Of a stretch of DNA of 64,000 nucleotides, positions 59,504 through 64,000 are shown piece by piece. Source of the stretch: Bacteroidota bacterium (lineage in GTDB: Bacteria; Bacteroidota; Bacteroidia; Sphingobacteriales; Sphingobacteriaceae). The stretch is taken from the NCBI GenBank assembly GCA_013286235.1, contig JABDGE010000010.1, positions 673 through 64,672 of the forward strand, in the 5' to 3' direction. The position numbers and the translations under genes are program-made. The notes under the pieces were generated by a model. The model saw only the letters and a list, made by a program, of their open reading frames with translations. It was not told where the DNA came from and did no database searches. Positions within the stretch are counted from its first letter, which is position 1. Each line of letters starts with the position of its first letter.

Positions 59504-59547
59504 ACGGGTGTTGAACAAAAAACAGGTAGAAAATATTAATACAATAC

Positions 59548-60840
59548 ATGACAGTAAAAGACATTAAAGAAGATATACAACAAGTCCGTACATTCCGGGC
59601 ATTTGGGAGCCGCAACTACCGGCTCTATTTTATGGGGCAGGGCGTTTCACTTGTCGGCACATGGATGCAAAAAACAGCGGTAAGCTGGGTGATCTATTCC
59701 ATGACCCACTCGAAATTAATGCTTGGCGTTTCAGTTTTTTGCAGCTTATTTCCTTCGTTTGCCTTGTCATCCATGGGTGGGGTGGTATCCGACCGGTATA
59801 ACAAGTTCAAGGTATTGTTAACCACTCAAATTGCATCGCTTATCCAGGCAGTATTACTGGCCATTCTTATTTTCCTGAAGCACTATGAAGTGTGGGAGAT
59901 ACTTTCGTTGAGCGCGGTACTTGGCGTCATCAATGCCTTTGACGTACCCGCAAGGCAGGCGCTGGTGTACGATATGGTGGACGACAAAGAATCACTCCCC
60001 AATGCCCTGGCTTTAAACTCCTCGATGGTGAACCTCGCCCGTATCGGGGGACCCGCGCTCGCTGGCCTGGTGCTGCATAGCCTGGGAGACGGTCCCTGTT
60101 TTTTATTGAACGCGCTGAGCTTTGTTGCGGTGATTATCTCGCTGTTGTTAATGAGACTTCCTGTTTATGTTAAAAAACCGCATAAAAAGGACGTGTGGGG
60201 CGAGTTGGTTGAAGGTTGGGTTTACATCAAGCGCAATCCCTCCATTAGTTCGTTGGTGTTAATGCTTGGGCTGATGAGCCTGCTGGTTTTACCGTTTAAC
60301 AGCACCCTTATTCCTTATTATGCTCGGGATTATTTCAAAGGCGATGCCCGGACTTATGGTATAATCGACAGTTTTATTGGCCTTGGCGCGTTTTCAGGCG
60401 CTATTTTCCTCGCTTCTCTTAAGGTCGGAACGGATCTGCGAAGGGTACTGTTCGTCAACACCATTGTGTTTGGCGCTGGGCTGATCCTTTTTTCGCACGA
60501 ACACATTTACGGCCTGGCCTTGTTTTTTGCCATCATCACGGGCTTCGGCATGATGTCACAGGTAACGGTGACCAACACTTTAATACAAACCACAGCTAAT
60601 CCAAAGATGCGCGGCCGCGTGATCAGCTGGTACGCCATGGCTTTTTTTGGCATGCAGCCGCTTGGTGGTTTGCTGATCGGCTGGGTATCGGAAAAAATCG
60701 GGGCTCCGGATACTGTCCTTGCGCAGGGATTTATCGCCATAGGCGTGGCCGGCCTTCACTGGCGTTATCTGCATAAAGAAAAGCTAAAGAAGAACCAGGA
60801 CCTGATGCTGAAGGAAGAGCACAATTTCAAGCCCATCTGA
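59548..60840 (+). CDS. MFS transporter (MFS_3/H+ antiporter-like)
   Basis: RNYRLYF.GQ.VS..GTWMQ, GVVSDRY, AFDVPARQA and MRGRV; about 12 TM helices. Confidence 0.92.
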   Translation: MTVKDIKEDIQQVRTFRAFGSRNYRLYFMGQGVSLVGTWMQKTAVSWVIYSMTHSKLMLGVSVFCSLFPSFALSSMGGVVSDRYNKFKVLLTTQIASLIQAVLLAILIFLKHYEVWEILSLSAVLGVINAFDVPARQALVYDMVDDKESLPNALALNSSMVNLARIGGPALAGLVLHSLGDGPCFLLNALSFVAVIISLLLMRLPVYVKKPHKKDVWGELVEGWVYIKRNPSISSLVLMLGLMSLLVLPFNSTLIPYYARDYFKGDARTYGIIDSFIGLGAFSGAIFLASLKVGTDLRRVLFVNTIVFGAGLILFSHEHIYGLALFFAIITGFGMMSQVTVTNTLIQTTANPKMRGRVISWYAMAFFGMQPLGGLLIGWVSEKIGAPDTVLAQGFIAIGVAGLHWRYLHKEKLKKNQDLMLKEEHNFKPI

Positions 60841-61336
60841 ACAAGAATTTTTGGTTTATCGTTGATTGCCTATAATTTTCAACCGCGGATATCGACCCTC
60901 GGAGTTTATTCTGGCTCCAGCAGAGTTCCCTGTTTATAGCCACGTCCAGCAGTGTTTTAGACGTCAGCCTCCCGTATTTGAGACTGTTTGTGCCAGACTA
61001 TAACGCGTCACTTAGCGCCATTCACCACGTTTACATTAAGGAATCGCATTAGAAATTAGCTCTCTAAAAAAATAGATTTTTCATCCGTGCTTTCTCTGAA
61101 CCTCCTGGTCAAATTTACCGCTATCGTTCCTAAAACAGATTTAAGTAATATTAAACAGAGGAATTCCAACGGAGTCAAAAGATATCTGACGCCGTTTATT
61201 CGACTCCAGAGCCTCCTATGGCCGAATGATTTTGCGCCAGTTCGGTGTCTTATTTAGTGGGATGATACCCATATTCCTCATCCCCACCACTACCCATACA
61301 CATTATTTTTCTATTTTTGTCGTTTACCATCTGATC

Positions 61337-62995
61337 ATGAGCGAAGAACGTTCGTTAAATTTTATAGAAGAAATAGTCGAAGAAGATATTGCCAGCGGCA
61401 CAAACAGTGGCCGGGTGCTCACCCGTTTTCCGCCCGAGCCGAATGGCTATCTGCACATCGGCCATGCCAAATCCATTTGCTTGAACTTCGGTTTGGCGCT
61501 TAAATATGGCGGCCAAACCAACCTGCGCTTTGACGATACCAACCCGGTTAAGGAAGATGTTGAATATGTCGATAGCATAAAAGAAGACGTAAAATGGCTT
61601 GGCTTCGACTGGGCCGAAGAACTGTATGCCTCCGATTATTTCCACCAGCTTTACGACTTTGCCGTTGCCCTGATAAAGAAAGACCTTGCTTACGTCGACG
61701 ATAGTACAGCCGAAGAAATAGCCGCTCAGAAAGGAACGCCCACCGAGCCGGGTACCCCAAACCCATACCGCAGCCGCAGCGTGGAAGAAAATCTGCAGCT
61801 TTTCGCGGAAATGAAGGCCGGCAAATACCCCGATGGCGCCAAAGTGCTCCGCGCCAAAGGCGACCTGGCCTCGCCAAACATGCACATGCGCGATCCGCTT
61901 ATGTACCGCATCAAGCATGCCCATCACCACCGTACCGGCGATCAGTGGTGTATTTATCCCATGTATGATTTTGCGCACGGGCAGTCGGACGCCATCGAAA
62001 AGATCACACATTCCATCTGCACGCTGGAGTTTGTGCCGCACCGTGAGCTTTACAACTGGTTTATCGAAAAGCTTGATATTTTCCCGTCGAAACAATATGA
62101 ATTTGCCCGCCTCAACCTCAATTATACGGTGATGAGCAAGCGCAAGCTGTTGCAGCTGGTAACCGAGGGACATGTAGAAGACTGGGACGACCCCCGTATG
62201 CCTACCATCAGCGGCCTGCGCCGCCGTGGCTATACCCCGGAATCGATCCGCGAATTTTGCGACCGTATCGGCGTTGCAAAACGCGAAAATATGATTGATA
62301 TGGGCCTGCTGGAGTTTTGCATCCGCGAAAACCTCAATAAAACAGCCTGGCGCCGCATGGCCGTCCTTGATCCGATCAAGCTCGTTATTACCAATTATCC
62401 GGCCAGCCAAACCGAAACCATGTTCGGCGAAAACAACCCTGAAGTGGAAGGCGGCGAAGGCGGCAGGGATATCCCGTTCAGCAATGAGCTATGGATAGAG
62501 CGCGAAGATTTTATGGAAGAGCCGCCGAAGAAATTTTTCCGGCTTGGAGTGGGCCTTTCGGTGCGTTTAAAGAGCGCTTACATTGTTACCTGCACGGGTT
62601 TTGAAAAAGACGCCAACGGCAATGTTACAGAAGTGCACTGTACCTATTTGCCCGAAAGCAGGTCGGGCAGCGATAAAAGCGGCCTTTCGGTGAAAGGCAC
62701 TATCCATTGGGTAAGCGTACCACATGCCAAATCAGCCGAAGTACGCCTGTACGATCGCCTTTTCCAGGTGGAAGACCCCTCCAACGAAGACCACGACTTT
62801 AAAGAATATTTAAACCCCAACAGCCTTCAAATACTGCCCAACGCCTTGATCGAAAACGACCTGGCATCAGCGATCCCCGGCAAAGGCTACCAGTTTATCC
62901 GGAAAGGCTATTTTACTTTAGATAAACATTCAACGCCGGAAAAGCTTGTTTTTAATCGGACGGTTACGTTGAAGGACGGTTGGGTGAAGAAATAG
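61337..62995 (+). CDS. glnS: Glutamine--tRNA ligase
   Basis: TRFPPEPNGYLHIGH, RFDDTNP and MSKR; ATG at 61337 after a TATTTTTG box (61312-61319). Confidence 0.97.
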   Translation: MSEERSLNFIEEIVEEDIASGTNSGRVLTRFPPEPNGYLHIGHAKSICLNFGLALKYGGQTNLRFDDTNPVKEDVEYVDSIKEDVKWLGFDWAEELYASDYFHQLYDFAVALIKKDLAYVDDSTAEEIAAQKGTPTEPGTPNPYRSRSVEENLQLFAEMKAGKYPDGAKVLRAKGDLASPNMHMRDPLMYRIKHAHHHRTGDQWCIYPMYDFAHGQSDAIEKITHSICTLEFVPHRELYNWFIEKLDIFPSKQYEFARLNLNYTVMSKRKLLQLVTEGHVEDWDDPRMPTISGLRRRGYTPESIREFCDRIGVAKRENMIDMGLLEFCIRENLNKTAWRRMAVLDPIKLVITNYPASQTETMFGENNPEVEGGEGGRDIPFSNELWIEREDFMEEPPKKFFRLGVGLSVRLKSAYIVTCTGFEKDANGNVTEVHCTYLPESRSGSDKSGLSVKGTIHWVSVPHAKSAEVRLYDRLFQVEDPSNEDHDFKEYLNPNSLQILPNALIENDLASAIPGKGYQFIRKGYFTLDKHSTPEKLVFNRTVTLKDGWVKK

Positions 62996-63163
62996 TTTGC
63001 AGTTGGCGGCACATTTGTGATTCCATAACAATTTGTCTGGGTACGCAATTTCGTTGGCTATCTAACTATTTCAATCTACCGGTGCCGACGAAGTGTCCTG
63101 CACATAGAAATTGCGGGCGTTCTGTTAGGACCCGTTATATTTCCTATCCCAATAAATTAAAAG

Positions 63164-63195
63164 TCTCCCCTAAATTTAGGGGAGATTTAGAGGGG
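63164..63195. repeat. CCCCT..CTAAATTTAG REP family, copy 3
   Basis: TCTCCCCTAAATTTAGGGGAGA palindrome followed by TTTAGAGGGG. Confidence 0.75.
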
Positions 63196-63322
63196 TAAAA
63201 GGGACAGATTATTACTTAACCACAAATTCTACCCAGGAACGCATTTGCTTGGCCTTTCAGCTTTCCGCTCAGGTTAAGCCTCAAGCAATTGCAACTGCTA
63301 CTTATGCCCTCCCCCGCTCCGG

Positions 63323-63350
63323 CCATGAACTATGAGCCATGAACCATGAA
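63323..63350. repeat. Heptamer tandem repeat C(C/T)ATGA(A/G) x4
   Basis: CCATGAA CTATGAG CCATGAA CCATGAA just after the amidase stop. Confidence 0.7.
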
Positions 63351-63358
63351 CAAAACGA

Positions 63359-64000
63359 CTACTGATTATACTTCCCCAGCACATTATACAGCACATTCAA
63401 ATCCAGCTGCGTTAGCTGTGGTTTAATATCCGTTTGTACAAAATGCCGTTTAAAGGCAACCACCGCAGCATTAATATCCGAGGTATCATAGCCAATCAGT
63501 TTGAGCGCCACGGCATAATCAAAATCATCTGGCGCAAGTTCCAGCACATCGTCGCTCCAGTAGCCGAAACCGTGGGCCGCCAGTGTTTTCCAGGGGAAAA
63601 GCGGTCCCGGGTCGGGTTTGCGTTTGGGGGCAAAATCCTGGTGGCCGATAAAATTCGCCTGGGGAATACCATAAGCCTTTTTTAAACTTTTTAGCAACGC
63701 CAGCAGGCTATTTACCTGTGCGTCGTTAAAAGGTTCGCTGCCATTATTGTCAATTTCAATCCCGATGGAACAGCTGTTCATATCCGTTACGCTACCCCAT
63801 TTGCCAAGGCCGGCATGGTTGGCGCGCAAGTAATCGTTCACCATGTGGTAAATGGCGCCGCTTTTGGCGATAACATAATGTGCGCTTACCTGAGTGCTGG
63901 TAACGGTAAAGGTTTTGAGTGTTTGCTGAATCGAATCCTGTGCCGTAAAATGGATGATCACAAAATTAGGCTTCCGGATGCCGAAATTTACCGTTCCCAC
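63359..64000 (-). CDS. N-acetylmuramoyl-L-alanine amidase (Amidase_2, AmiD-like), 5'-truncated
   Basis: IIHFT, VSAHY, ANHAG, SIGIEI, IGHQD and RKPDPG; C-terminal AFKRHF peptidoglycan-binding tail. Confidence 0.93.
   Translation of the reverse strand: MGTVNFGIRKPNFVIIHFTAQDSIQQTLKTFTVTSTQVSAHYVIAKSGAIYHMVNDYLRANHAGLGKWGSVTDMNSCSIGIEIDNNGSEPFNDAQVNSLLALLKSLKKAYGIPQANFIGHQDFAPKRKPDPGPLFPWKTLAAHGFGYWSDDVLELAPDDFDYAVALKLIGYDTSDINAAVVAFKRHFVQTDIKPQLTQLDLNVLYNVLGKYNQ

Noticed and set aside
61226-61336. N-terminal extensions on glnS, mnmG, rmuC and the SusR-like gene in the ORF track
   Set aside because: Downstream ATGs match the family N-termini and, for glnS, follow a promoter box lying inside the extension.
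61355-62410. 351-aa antisense ORF inside glnS, and similar shadow ORFs (5797-6423, 47356-47955 and others)
   Set aside because: They lie antisense to well-supported genes, show no protein motifs and are expected from codon bias.

Overview
This is a chromosomal window from a Bacteroidota genome, most like Sphingobacteriaceae/Mucilaginibacter. That call is inferred from the SusC/SusD pair, TAnnTTTG promoters, typical REP palindromes and gene content. From left to right it holds: (1) an accessory block (1-9.9 kb) with an S10 carboxypeptidase, a bilobed pepsin-like lipoprotein, stress-type DUF genes, a coupled PIG-L deacetylase/GT4/GH100-like trio and an unannotated 49-aa WxxGxW lipoprotein; (2) an ~18.5 kb polysaccharide utilisation locus, apparently for trehalose/alpha-glucosides (GH37 trehalase, SusR-like regulator, SusC, SusD, two ~1100-aa FG-GAP/ASPIC-UnbV lipoproteins, hydrolase-type GH65), with a Pro-Pro-stop uORF in the susC leader and a candidate sRNA just downstream; (3) housekeeping genes (xth, rmuC, thiL, nadA, nadB, tRNA-Gly(CCC), mnmG) around what looks like the replication origin, namely an AT-rich nadA-nadB spacer with degenerate DnaA boxes plus three parS sites at mnmG, with a small ADP-ribosyltransferase-fold/WWKFW gene pair 1.6 kb from the candidate origin; (4) ABC-F, mlaEFD, an OmpA protein, a two-component pair, gpx, a doubly frameshifted hicBA, ybeY, an RsbW-like ATPase, a DUF4175 gene split at an A7 tract, MarR-MFS, glnS and a partial amidase. 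No CRISPR array, prophage or IS transposase was seen. All calls come from reading motifs by eye; no database search was run.
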